Numbered from the stretch's first letter, positions 9,461 to 18,079 are shown. The stretch is 64,000 nt of DNA from an uncultured Nitrosomonas sp. (GCA_964612715.1 CAZTCY010000004.1:1989-65988), one strand, 5' to 3'. Notes: generated by a model from the letters alone, not told the origin. A program made the numbers and translations.

Positions 9461-11641
9461 TTATCCCACCCTATACGTACTTGCAACGTTATCCAGATTC
9501 AGTTCCGAACCATAATCGGAAATACCAATACTCTTTGCGGCCGCATCACTGACCACTCTTCCGGCAGCCAGTCTAATTACCCGATCGGCGCTTGCAATCG
9601 TTTCAGGGCGATGCGCCACGATAATCCGTGTCAGTTTAAGTAAGCGTATCGCATGATTGACGTTTTGCTCACAATGGATGTCCAGGTGACTTGTCGCTTC
9701 ATCCAGAAAAAGAATAGCCGGTTGCCGGTATAAGGCGCGGGCCAGCAATAACCGCTGTTTCTGGCCACCCGACAACACTGCGCCCATATCCCCTACTAAT
9801 GTGTTGAATTGCATGGGCATCGCAATAATATCCTGATGAATTGCAGCAAGGCACGCACTTGCTTCAATGCGTTCAAAATCAGGCCGCGGGTCAAAAAAGC
9901 AAATGTTCTCGGCAATCGAACCGGCAAAGAGCTGATCATCCTGCATCACACTCGCAACCGCCTGGCGGTATCGTGTAATCCCCATGCGATTCAAAGGCAA
10001 CCCGTCAACCTCAATATCCCCCTGTGTAGGCTGTAGCAAACCGAGCATAAGTTTTACCAATGTTGTTTTGCCACAACCCGAAGGCCCCACGATCGCTACT
10101 GATTCTCCTGCCTGAATACTAAAATTCATATCCTGCAACACCAGTGGATCGTTTTCTGTGTAACGGAAAGCGAGATTCTTAACCTCAATGCGACCGGCAG
10201 GCGGCATAAAAGAAACATTCTGAAGTTCATCCACCGGTTCAACCGGTGTAAGCGCCACGTCACCGACCCGTTCAGTATGAAGCTCCAGCATGCGCAACTC
10301 CAGTCCTTTCTCGATCAGGGCGGAAATCCGCTGCACAAACTGGGTTTTATAAGCTATAAATGCAAACAACATACCAATGGAAAAACCGCTGCCATTGGCC
10401 GTATCCAGTATCAGCATGGCACCCAGCCCAACGGTAATAATATTTTCGATCCCGAACAAAAGGCCATTCAGTCCCTGATATAAAATATTCAAACGTTGTG
10501 TCCGGATATCTGCATTGAACTGATCGGTGAGCAGATTCTGCCAACTGGCAGCGCGGGATGCTTCATAAGCGAACAGTTTAATGCTTTGCATCCCCCTCAC
10601 GGTTTCCAGGAAATGGCTGTGCTGTTTCGCGCCGCGTACGATATGATCTTCAGTCGCCAGTCGCAGCGGGCGGTACAGCGCAACGCGCAACAACCCATAC
10701 AACATCGCCGCGGTAAGCGCGACCAAAGCCAATTTGATACTGTAAAAAAGCATCATCGCGAATGTGATGATCACCATCACACCGTCGATCAAAGCTTCCA
10801 GAAAACCGGTTGTCAATGTACGCTGGATAGCATTCAATGAATCGAAACGCGACACGATATCCCCAATATGGCGCTTATTGAACCACTGCATGGGCAAGCG
10901 GATCAGGTGACGAAACAGATTCGTCATCATCTGTAAATTCAATGTCGTGCTTAACACCATCAATACCCAGGCTCTTAACGCTGTAACACTGACCTGTACT
11001 ATGGCCAGCAAAAAAAAGCCCGTACCTAAAATCGTCACCAGATCATGATCATGCGCAACCAGGGCATGATCAACTACCCACTGCATATAGAAAGGCGCCA
11101 GAATAGCAAAAATCTGCAATATCATCGCAAGCACCAGAATTTGGGTGATGGCCCCTCCCAAACCCTGCAGACGACCGATCAACGAACGTAGTTTTATCTT
11201 GCGAATGTCGTTACGCGCAGCAAACGTATTCGTTGGAGTCAGTTCAAGTGCAATACCTGTAAAATGTTTCGAAAATTCAGCCAAAACGATATCACGTTCC
11301 CCCATTGCGGGATCATGCACTGTCACGCGATCACGCTGTACCTTTGTCAAAACCACGAAATGATTAAAATCCCAATGCAGCAGGCAAGGTAATGTCAATT
11401 CAGGTAAATGTTCGAGATCAAGGCGCAAAGGGCGTGAAGCCAGCTTTAACTGATCAGCGATCAGAATTAAATCAGCCAATGTCGAACCCCGTAGTGAAAC
11501 GCTATGCTGCGCCCGTAACGTGGTCAGATTAATCCGATGGCCATGAAAGCTGGCAATCATCGCTAAGCAGGCCAGACCACATTCAGCCGCTTCGGTTTGC
11601 AGGATAACCGGGGTTCGATTCCGTAGTGAAAAATCAAGCAT
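9461..11641 (-). CDS. Peptidase C39 domain-containing ABC exporter (CvaB/LagD-type bacteriocin/RiPP leader-cleaving transporter)
   Basis: N-terminal C39 domain with catalytic Cys (QTEAAECGLACLAM) and His (LLHWDFNHFVVL). Six-TM region. Walker A GPSGCGKTT, ABC signature LSGGQKQRL, Walker B ILFLDEATSHLD. Confidence 0.9.
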   Translation of the reverse strand: MLDFSLRNRTPVILQTEAAECGLACLAMIASFHGHRINLTTLRAQHSVSLRGSTLADLILIADQLKLASRPLRLDLEHLPELTLPCLLHWDFNHFVVLTKVQRDRVTVHDPAMGERDIVLAEFSKHFTGIALELTPTNTFAARNDIRKIKLRSLIGRLQGLGGAITQILVLAMILQIFAILAPFYMQWVVDHALVAHDHDLVTILGTGFFLLAIVQVSVTALRAWVLMVLSTTLNLQMMTNLFRHLIRLPMQWFNKRHIGDIVSRFDSLNAIQRTLTTGFLEALIDGVMVIITFAMMLFYSIKLALVALTAAMLYGLLRVALYRPLRLATEDHIVRGAKQHSHFLETVRGMQSIKLFAYEASRAASWQNLLTDQFNADIRTQRLNILYQGLNGLLFGIENIITVGLGAMLILDTANGSGFSIGMLFAFIAYKTQFVQRISALIEKGLELRMLELHTERVGDVALTPVEPVDELQNVSFMPPAGRIEVKNLAFRYTENDPLVLQDMNFSIQAGESVAIVGPSGCGKTTLVKLMLGLLQPTQGDIEVDGLPLNRMGITRYRQAVASVMQDDQLFAGSIAENICFFDPRPDFERIEASACLAAIHQDIIAMPMQFNTLVGDMGAVLSGGQKQRLLLARALYRQPAILFLDEATSHLDIHCEQNVNHAIRLLKLTRIIVAHRPETIASADRVIRLAAGRVVSDAAAKSIGISDYGSELNLDNVASTYRVG

Positions 11642-11643
11642 GA

Positions 11644-12891
11644 TCAGATACGGCCGGTGATCGACAATACAGGATCAAAAACCCATTCGATCAGACGCCG
11701 CCGGTCAATATGAATATCCGCGTCCAGCACCATTTCCGCCTGTAACGGTATAGCCTGCCCATAAGCCTGAACCTGTTGTTGAGGCAGGCGAACTGTAGCG
11801 CGATAAACCGGTTCTTGAATTGCTACCGGCAAATTAGACGCATCCGGTTGAATCACTGCACGGCTGATTTCAATCACTTCACCCAAATGATGCCCAAAAC
11901 GCTGATAAGGAAAAGCCTGGTAGCGCAGAGAAACCGGCTGTGCAGGCTTAATGAATCCTGCGGAGCGCGTCGGTATTAACAGTTGCGCCTGTAATTCCGC
12001 ACCCGCAGGTAAAATGGAAAGCAGAGGCAGATTGGCATGGGCGGTCTGCCCGACTTCTGCCAGAATGGTGGTCACTGTACCGTCGGCGGGCGCAGTCAAA
12101 ACAATACTGCGCCGGATATCAGTTTCCGTGAGCTGTTGTTCCAATTCTGAAATTTGCCGCTCAATGGCTGCCTGGTTATTAACCTGCTTTAAACGCGATG
12201 CGGATAATTCAATACGCGCCGTGCTCAATTCACGATTCAGACTTGAAATGCTGCGCCGGATCTGCGCCAGTTGATTACGTTGATCGATTAATTCTTCATG
12301 CTTCTGCTGCACGGCAGCTTCGGACATAAACCGTTCCGCAACTAATTTCTGATACCGTGCGACCGTACGTTCAGCGCTGGCAACACGACTGGATTGCAGC
12401 ACTAATTGTGCTTCTGTCTCACGGATTTCTGTTTCGAGCCCGCGAATACGCCCGGCAATACCGATTCCAGTCAGTGCATCAATCTCACTTTGCTGACTTT
12501 GTTCGAATCGCAAACTCGCTTGCCGTTGTTTGAGTTCGGCAAGCATAGTGGCTTGCGCTTCGCGTGCATTGGCTGTCGTGCGCTCACTGGAAATCGTCAG
12601 CAAGGGATCACCCTGTTTGACAGATTGCCCTTCACGCACATGCTTTTCCTGAACCGTGCCCATTTGGGGGGAATAAATCCGGATCATGCCTGTAGTCGGT
12701 GACAGATACCCCACGACATGCGCTTTACGTGTATATTCGCCCCAGAAGGCAAACCCTGTCAGAGCTGCCGTGAATATCACGGCTATCCAGATCAGCAGGT
12801 TGATCGCCGGTGATCGCGCAATCAGCACATCGCCCTTTAACGGATCATACTGGTAAGCTAGAGCTTCTGAGCGAAAAAGAGCGTGTGACAT
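11644..12891 (-). CDS. HlyD/CvaA-family membrane fusion protein (bacteriocin export accessory)
   Basis: N-terminal FRSEAL motif typical of CvaA/LcnD, a single TM (INLLIWIAVIFTAALTGFAFW), and a long coiled-coil middle region. Its stop lies 2 nt from the ABC gene's start. Confidence 0.9.
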   Translation of the reverse strand: MSHALFRSEALAYQYDPLKGDVLIARSPAINLLIWIAVIFTAALTGFAFWGEYTRKAHVVGYLSPTTGMIRIYSPQMGTVQEKHVREGQSVKQGDPLLTISSERTTANAREAQATMLAELKQRQASLRFEQSQQSEIDALTGIGIAGRIRGLETEIRETEAQLVLQSSRVASAERTVARYQKLVAERFMSEAAVQQKHEELIDQRNQLAQIRRSISSLNRELSTARIELSASRLKQVNNQAAIERQISELEQQLTETDIRRSIVLTAPADGTVTTILAEVGQTAHANLPLLSILPAGAELQAQLLIPTRSAGFIKPAQPVSLRYQAFPYQRFGHHLGEVIEISRAVIQPDASNLPVAIQEPVYRATVRLPQQQVQAYGQAIPLQAEMVLDADIHIDRRRLIEWVFDPVLSITGRI

Positions 12892-12972
12892 GGCGCAGCC
12901 CTTGGAAAATAAACTGTCGTTACATTCAATGATGACGTGTCAGAACTATGCTGAAAATCGCTATGCATAAAC

Positions 12973-14010
12973 TCACATCGACATAAGATGCACGGCTTGA
13001 TTTTGAGCAGTCCTGCTCGCTTCCTCAGCGCGTTTACCAATCAGGTTATACCAATCAAAGAAGAAAGGCGCAGGCGCACGCACGATTTCCGCATAAACGT
13101 CGCGACATAATGAATAAAATGCGGGTAAACCTTGTTTACGCCATTCTGAAACCAACACACCGAGTGGCGCATGTTTTAAATTACCCATCGTATAATCACG
13201 TGAGAAACCGTGTTGGATCGGACTGACCGTGCCGTCCGCTTCGATCACCAGTGGCGCTATGAGCTCGCCAAACCGTTTTCTTTCTGCGCCGGATACATCG
13301 CCGGCAAACACCAGTTCCGGTTGTTGTTTGATCATTTCACTAAACACAAGATCAATTTGTATCCGGATATCGCTATTGATTTTCTGCTGGGCCAGCATCC
13401 AGGCATAGGCACTTTCAGTTGCATCCGGTGAATTGCCGCGCAGCAGCGTTGCCGCATTCCCCACCTCTTCCAGCGGATGTATCTGCAGCAGTTTTGCACC
13501 TTCACTTACCGCGAAATTGCGCACCCAGTCGAGCTCATCCAGGTTATATTGGGTTAAGGTAAAGATAAATCCAAAAGACATATCCGCTGCGCGCAATAGC
13601 GGCAAGCGTGATTTCATGGTATCGAACGCAAGCTGTGAGCCCCTGATCCGGTTATGCGATGCCGGAACACCATCGATACTGATAGCGAGCACATCCACCA
13701 CATCACGTAGCCGTTCGATTTTCCGCTCGGTTAATAACATGCCATTGGTTGTAACCGCTGTTCTCATACCTAGACGGCGTGCGTGTTCCAGCAGTTCAAT
13801 CAATGGTTTGTAAAGCACCGGCTCACCTCCCGAAAGGCTAACATAGTTGAAGCCTTCATGAGCGGCATCTGAAATCGCATCACATAATAGTTCCAATGTT
13901 AAATGTCCCTTTTCATTCGGGGATGAAGACGAGTAGCAATGGAGACAACTCAAATTACATTGCCGACTTGGGTGAATCTGTAAAGCACGTGATAATCCGG
14001 TTGGCCCCAT
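12973..14010 (-). CDS. Radical SAM enzyme, predicted peptide maturase; no SPASM/twitch cysteine set
   Basis: CX3CX2C at residues 18-25 (CNLSCLHC) and SAM-binding GGE motif (SLSGGEPVL). Only 5 Cys in total, with a single Cys in the C-terminal third (FYSLCRDVY). AAGGAG RBS upstream. Starts 29 nt downstream of the precursor ORF. Confidence 0.85.
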   Translation of the reverse strand: MGPTGLSRALQIHPSRQCNLSCLHCYSSSSPNEKGHLTLELLCDAISDAAHEGFNYVSLSGGEPVLYKPLIELLEHARRLGMRTAVTTNGMLLTERKIERLRDVVDVLAISIDGVPASHNRIRGSQLAFDTMKSRLPLLRAADMSFGFIFTLTQYNLDELDWVRNFAVSEGAKLLQIHPLEEVGNAATLLRGNSPDATESAYAWMLAQQKINSDIRIQIDLVFSEMIKQQPELVFAGDVSGAERKRFGELIAPLVIEADGTVSPIQHGFSRDYTMGNLKHAPLGVLVSEWRKQGLPAFYSLCRDVYAEIVRAPAPFFFDWYNLIGKRAEEASRTAQNQAVHLMSM

Positions 14011-14039
14011 CGCTAACTCCTTATTAGAATCGCTGTTAA

Positions 14040-14270
14040 TTAATATTTATTCACCTGTGTCTGCAATAACTTAGATACAAACAGATCTGGAGGAGGCATA
14101 CCATTAATAAAAATCCCAGGAAAAATATTTATATTTCCTGATACAGGGATACGAAAATCAGGATTTGGAATATGCCCCCCTGCTATTTGTGCAATTTCTT
14201 CCGACGTCAGGCTGGCCATAGTCCGGCACTTCGCTTTCAGTTTCTCTGAACCACGCATTTCTTGTGACAT
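14040..14270 (-). CDS. RiPP/microcin-like precursor peptide with double-glycine leader (76 aa)
   Basis: Start trimmed to ATG 14270 (MSQEMRG...), which has AAGGAG 7 nt upstream. The leader ends LTSEEIAQIAGG, matching the double-glycine consensus L-S-x-x-E-L-x-x-I-x-G-G at positions -12, -8, -7, -4, -2 and -1. The predicted core is HIPNPDFRIPVSGNINIFPGIFINGMPPPDLFVSKLLQTQVNKY, encoded at 14043-14174. Confidence 0.7.
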   Translation of the reverse strand: MSQEMRGSEKLKAKCRTMASLTSEEIAQIAGGHIPNPDFRIPVSGNINIFPGIFINGMPPPDLFVSKLLQTQVNKY

Positions 14271-14310
14271 GATTGTTCTCCTTAAAAAAGTTGAATACAT
14301 TTCAATGATT

Positions 14311-14320
14311 GATGATCATC
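14311..14320. promoter_or_regulatory. Perfect 10-bp palindrome GATGATCATC in the precursor promoter region (candidate operator)
   Basis: Lies 41-50 nt upstream of the precursor ATG. The flanking AATGATT gives GATAAT-like hexamers loosely reminiscent of Fur sites. Confidence 0.3.
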
Positions 14321-14899
14321 TGGCGGAATCAATAACAAAAAATGAATTACTGTCCAGCACCTCACGCAATCAAGGTTCAAGATAGCTTTAATCGAAAAAA
14401 TACGCAGTGGGAAAAACCACACCAGCAATAGCATTTCTGGGTCAAGAATCGGAACTTACGGGAAATTACATTAAAAATCAGTAGGTAATACGGAAGAGCA
14501 AATGTGTCAGGATTAATTGACGAAGAAAACGGATCAAGGTATTTTTCAGTTCCGCTGGAATCACTGATTCCTGTGAGACACTGTAACACAAACGGGAGAG
14601 CATTTTACCGGCAAGCGGCGATAATCCCGTTTCAGTACGGTTTTTTTCAATCGCCTGGAACACCCCAGCGCGCTTAACACAAATACCGCTTCCCAACGTC
14701 GTTCAGGTCGGTTATTTAAGAAGGCACTGCTACCGGAGATGCCGATCGATCTCCGTGTAACAGTATTTTTGGAAAAACTTCGTTCTAATACAAAGTGATC
14801 TACTGCAGGGATATGATTTTGATTTAAGAGATAAAGATCATGTATATTACATTGTCCAGAACGTGGAAAGCCGATCATCAGGCTTGCAACCGGTGCAGA

Positions 14900-15430
14900 T
14901 CATTTGCTTCCGAACTCCCGCTCCAGCCAGCCATCGAGCAATGTTTTTTCGTGGCGCAGGGGATCATTATGGTACATGATCGTAGTCATCAGAAAGGCCA
15001 TGTCGCGCAGCTCGCGCTTCCCGTCCTTTACGACGGCGCCATCGGCGTCAGTGAGCTGGAAGTACAGATCGATCCGGGGCGGATAGCTATCCCGCACGAT
15101 CCGTACATCGTTCATGAGTGGCCGCCACGGTTCAAAGCTGCCGGCCATATCCACATCGATAATGGTGACGGTAAGATTCTGCCCATCGGCCAGGAGGTGG
15201 CTTGCGCGCCATTGGATATGCCTGCGCAGTTCCTCGAGGTAAGTGGCGCGAGCGGCCTTATTGCTGCCGGAATAACTGTCTCCAACATCGCTGAACTTCT
15301 CGGGGTCGGCATATTCAATGTGAATGGAAGGCGCAGGCGTTACGGCATCTCCCTGTGCCGTTGCAGAAACGGCCCACATGCTAAACAGCGTAAGAATCAG
15401 GACTGGGGCAAGCGCATTGTTCGAAGTCAT
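14900..15430 (-). CDS. Secreted hypothetical protein, DUF3016-like
   Basis: Start trimmed to ATG 15430 (AGGAG RBS). Signal peptide MTSNNALAPVLILTLFSMWAVSATAQG. Downstream of and co-directional with a TonB-dependent receptor. The family assignment is from memory of DUF3016 sequences and was not verified. Confidence 0.6.
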   Translation of the reverse strand: MTSNNALAPVLILTLFSMWAVSATAQGDAVTPAPSIHIEYADPEKFSDVGDSYSGSNKAARATYLEELRRHIQWRASHLLADGQNLTVTIIDVDMAGSFEPWRPLMNDVRIVRDSYPPRIDLYFQLTDADGAVVKDGKRELRDMAFLMTTIMYHNDPLRHEKTLLDGWLEREFGSK

Positions 15431-15625
15431 GATGTTCTCCTGTTTTATTGTGTTCATTACGAAAAAAACCGAGGTGATGTATCTGGTTTTTGGCCTGTTT
15501 CTGACCCGGAAGGTTCCATCATTCATCTGTGGTACAGAGCCGATTACTGTGCAAAATCAGATGCAGGCCTATTATGATCTGTACCAAATCGCGTGATTTA
15601 TATTACGGATCAGCGGCGCATTCTA

Positions 15626-15666
15626 TAGAAACATTCAATGAGAATAATCCTCATTGAATGTTTCTA
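15626..15666. repeat. Perfect 17-bp-arm inverted repeat (TAGAAACATTCAATGAG / CTCATTGAATGTTTCTA) with a 7-nt loop
   Basis: Read directly from the sequence. Lies 8 nt beyond the stop of the receptor gene and about 200 nt upstream of the DUF3016-like gene. There is no flanking U-tract on either strand. Confidence 0.6.
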
Positions 15667-15673
15667 CTTGTAT

Positions 15674-17812
15674 CTAGAAAGTATATCGAATACCCCCCTG
15701 GAACAACCGTGGCATTCCCGGGATGATCCCGCGGGTTCTGTCTACAATATAAACGTCGTCCGTCAGGTTTTTGATCATGAAGAAGAACGTGGTTTTCAAC
15801 GGCGCATGGTGATAATTGATGGCCAGATTGAAAATGGTATAAGGATCAATCAGACCGGCCTGGCCATTTTCTGAAGATGCGACGGTATTGGCGAAGTCGG
15901 AAAATTGCCGGCTGACATGAACAGCTTCGATTTGCGAATCCAGTCCCCATTTGGCAAAACCCACTGCGGCCGTGACCAGATGCTCAGGTGCATAAGGCAG
16001 ACGGTTGCCGTGCGCACTGCCGGGTACGACGGCGCCTGTGTCAACGCGCGTGAATGGTGATTCCTGCCGCGCTGTAGGCAGCCAGGTATAGGCGGTGCGG
16101 ATATAAGTGCCAAACGGCATATCAATTCTGCCGGAGAATTCAACCCCTTGATACAAGGTTTCACCTTGTGCAAGTGGGGTGCTTCCTCCCGCAATCGAAC
16201 CTACCGCAATCTGCTTCTGAAAATCATTGCGGAAGAAGGAAGCCTGCAGATTGACACCTTCCACCACATTCACCCTGGCGCCGACTTCCCAGTTGACTGA
16301 TTTTTCCGCGCCGACATCGGTGCTGGTTCCGGTACCGCCAATGACATCCTCGGTGCGCGGCGGTGCAAAGCCACGGTGCGCACTCGCAAACGCGGTTACT
16401 TTATTGTGCGGATTCCAGGTCAAACCGAGACTGGGCAGCCAGGCATCCAGATTGTCGCTGCCACTCACGCCACTCATCCGGTTCTTGCGTTCATAATCAA
16501 TGTATTCATACCGTATTCCGGGTGTCGCGGTAAATTGCCCGAGATTGAAGCGGTTGGTCATAAACCAGGAATAGGCCTGTGTTTCCCGTACATTGTTCTC
16601 CTGCAATCCATTTTGCGATGGATTAAATTGCCCGATATTCACCTGACGGCGATCCTGCGTTTCGAAGTGTGCCCTGAAACCAAAATCCAGATTGCTCTGT
16701 ACGCCGAGAAGATTATGATTGTATCTTAAGCGTGGTTCCACACCCCAGGTATAGTATTCGCGCAAACGTCCCTGTGTGCCGCAGGTATTAACGTCAATTG
16801 CCTGACCGCCCGCCCGGGCCGTCGTAAAATCGTTGCCGCACTGTGTATCGGTGGTGGTGCTGGCTGCCCGCCACCAATCCCGGTCAAACCGGGCAAAGTA
16901 GAGATTGGTTGTCAGTGAAAGATCATTGGTGATGAATACATCATGCGTAGCCGATAAACCGACACGGCCGCTGTTGAATTTGTCATTCTTAAACGGATTA
17001 TAGCGCGCACCGAAATTGTTGAATTCTGCGGTAGTCAAACCGCTGTAGGTGAGCTGCGAATCCTCGGTATAGTAATTGGCGCGAAGCGTAAGCGCCTGAT
17101 TATCTGTCAGACCCACCACGTATTTCAGGTTATAGTCTCTCAGTTCGCTATGAATGTTGTCACGCGCACCATCGGACTGTTTGTGCGTGAAATCGAACAG
17201 CAATCCCCTGCCGCCCACTTGCAACTTACCGTTGAAATAATCGCGGCTGCCGCCGATCGCCTGGATATGGCCGCCGAATTTCTGCGGCGGGGTTGGCGTA
17301 ATATAGTTGATGACGCCACCGATTGTTTGCGGACCAAACCGGATCTGATCGGCGCCTTTGAGTATCTCAATGCTCTCAAAACGCTCAATGGGCGGATGAA
17401 AGTAACTGGCATTGTCACCATAAGGCGCATAAGACAATGGGACACCATCCTCCAGCAGGTTGATTTTGGTCGAACGTGTCGGATTCAAACCACGTATCCC
17501 GATATTGGGACGCAATCCCAGTCCTTCCTCATCCCGCATATGAATGCCCGGCACTTTGCGTAAAGCTTCGTTAACAGTGAAAACCCTGCTCTGCTCGAGC
17601 GTTTCCTTGTCAAGAACATTCGCGGTACCGGACACGTTGGTCAGATTCTCAGGCACGCCAACAACGTCAATGCGAGGCATAACGATCTGTTTTTTTTCCT
17701 GTTCCCCGGTTGTTTTATCCTTGTCGTGCGTATCGCTCTGCTGTGCCTGCAGCGACGAAGCGATAACTGCTGCGGATACAGCTGAAAAGAGCCTGTACTT
17801 GAAATACCGCAT
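15674..17812 (-). CDS. TonB-dependent outer-membrane receptor (FecA/ferric-siderophore-like)
   Basis: Signal peptide, plug-domain motifs (FTVNEALRKVPGI, IEILKGADQIRFGPQTIGGVINYIT), a beta-barrel and a terminal aromatic residue (GGIRYTF). Confidence 0.9.
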   Translation of the reverse strand: MRYFKYRLFSAVSAAVIASSLQAQQSDTHDKDKTTGEQEKKQIVMPRIDVVGVPENLTNVSGTANVLDKETLEQSRVFTVNEALRKVPGIHMRDEEGLGLRPNIGIRGLNPTRSTKINLLEDGVPLSYAPYGDNASYFHPPIERFESIEILKGADQIRFGPQTIGGVINYITPTPPQKFGGHIQAIGGSRDYFNGKLQVGGRGLLFDFTHKQSDGARDNIHSELRDYNLKYVVGLTDNQALTLRANYYTEDSQLTYSGLTTAEFNNFGARYNPFKNDKFNSGRVGLSATHDVFITNDLSLTTNLYFARFDRDWWRAASTTTDTQCGNDFTTARAGGQAIDVNTCGTQGRLREYYTWGVEPRLRYNHNLLGVQSNLDFGFRAHFETQDRRQVNIGQFNPSQNGLQENNVRETQAYSWFMTNRFNLGQFTATPGIRYEYIDYERKNRMSGVSGSDNLDAWLPSLGLTWNPHNKVTAFASAHRGFAPPRTEDVIGGTGTSTDVGAEKSVNWEVGARVNVVEGVNLQASFFRNDFQKQIAVGSIAGGSTPLAQGETLYQGVEFSGRIDMPFGTYIRTAYTWLPTARQESPFTRVDTGAVVPGSAHGNRLPYAPEHLVTAAVGFAKWGLDSQIEAVHVSRQFSDFANTVASSENGQAGLIDPYTIFNLAINYHHAPLKTTFFFMIKNLTDDVYIVDRTRGIIPGMPRLFQGGIRYTF

Positions 17813-18060
17813 AAACCAATTCCTCCCGTAAAGTTAAATTAATGCGCAGTCTGAAAAATATTCCACTTTCCTGCCTACTCACCTGAGAATCAAATGCTAT
17901 TAAGAATTCGATGGATTTTTAGAATGATCGCGTGAGATTGTACAAATCCGTATTTTCAGCCATAACTTTTGTGGTGTCTGTCAACCAGTGTTGCGTTGAC
18001 TGCTTAAGCAGATGTTGTTATCGAATTTTATCAATCATGAAAACACTAATCACTAATGCA

Positions 18061-18079
18061 AATAATGTTAATTCGAATT
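18061..18079. promoter_or_regulatory. Candidate Fur box (AATAATGTTAATTCGAATT)
   Basis: 12 of 19 matches to the E. coli consensus GATAATGATAATCATTATC. Lies in the divergent intergenic region between two TonB-dependent receptor genes. Confidence 0.25.

Noticed and set aside
11612-11622. tRNA T-loop-like GGTTCGATTCC
   Set aside because: It lies inside the well-supported C39 domain coding region of the ABC exporter. No acceptor or anticodon stems flank it. Coincidental match.
17813-18000. Cobalamin riboswitch upstream of the 15674-17812 TonB-dependent receptor
   Set aside because: No B12-box-like sequence or GC-rich paired elements are present. The leader is AT-rich and unstructured by eye.
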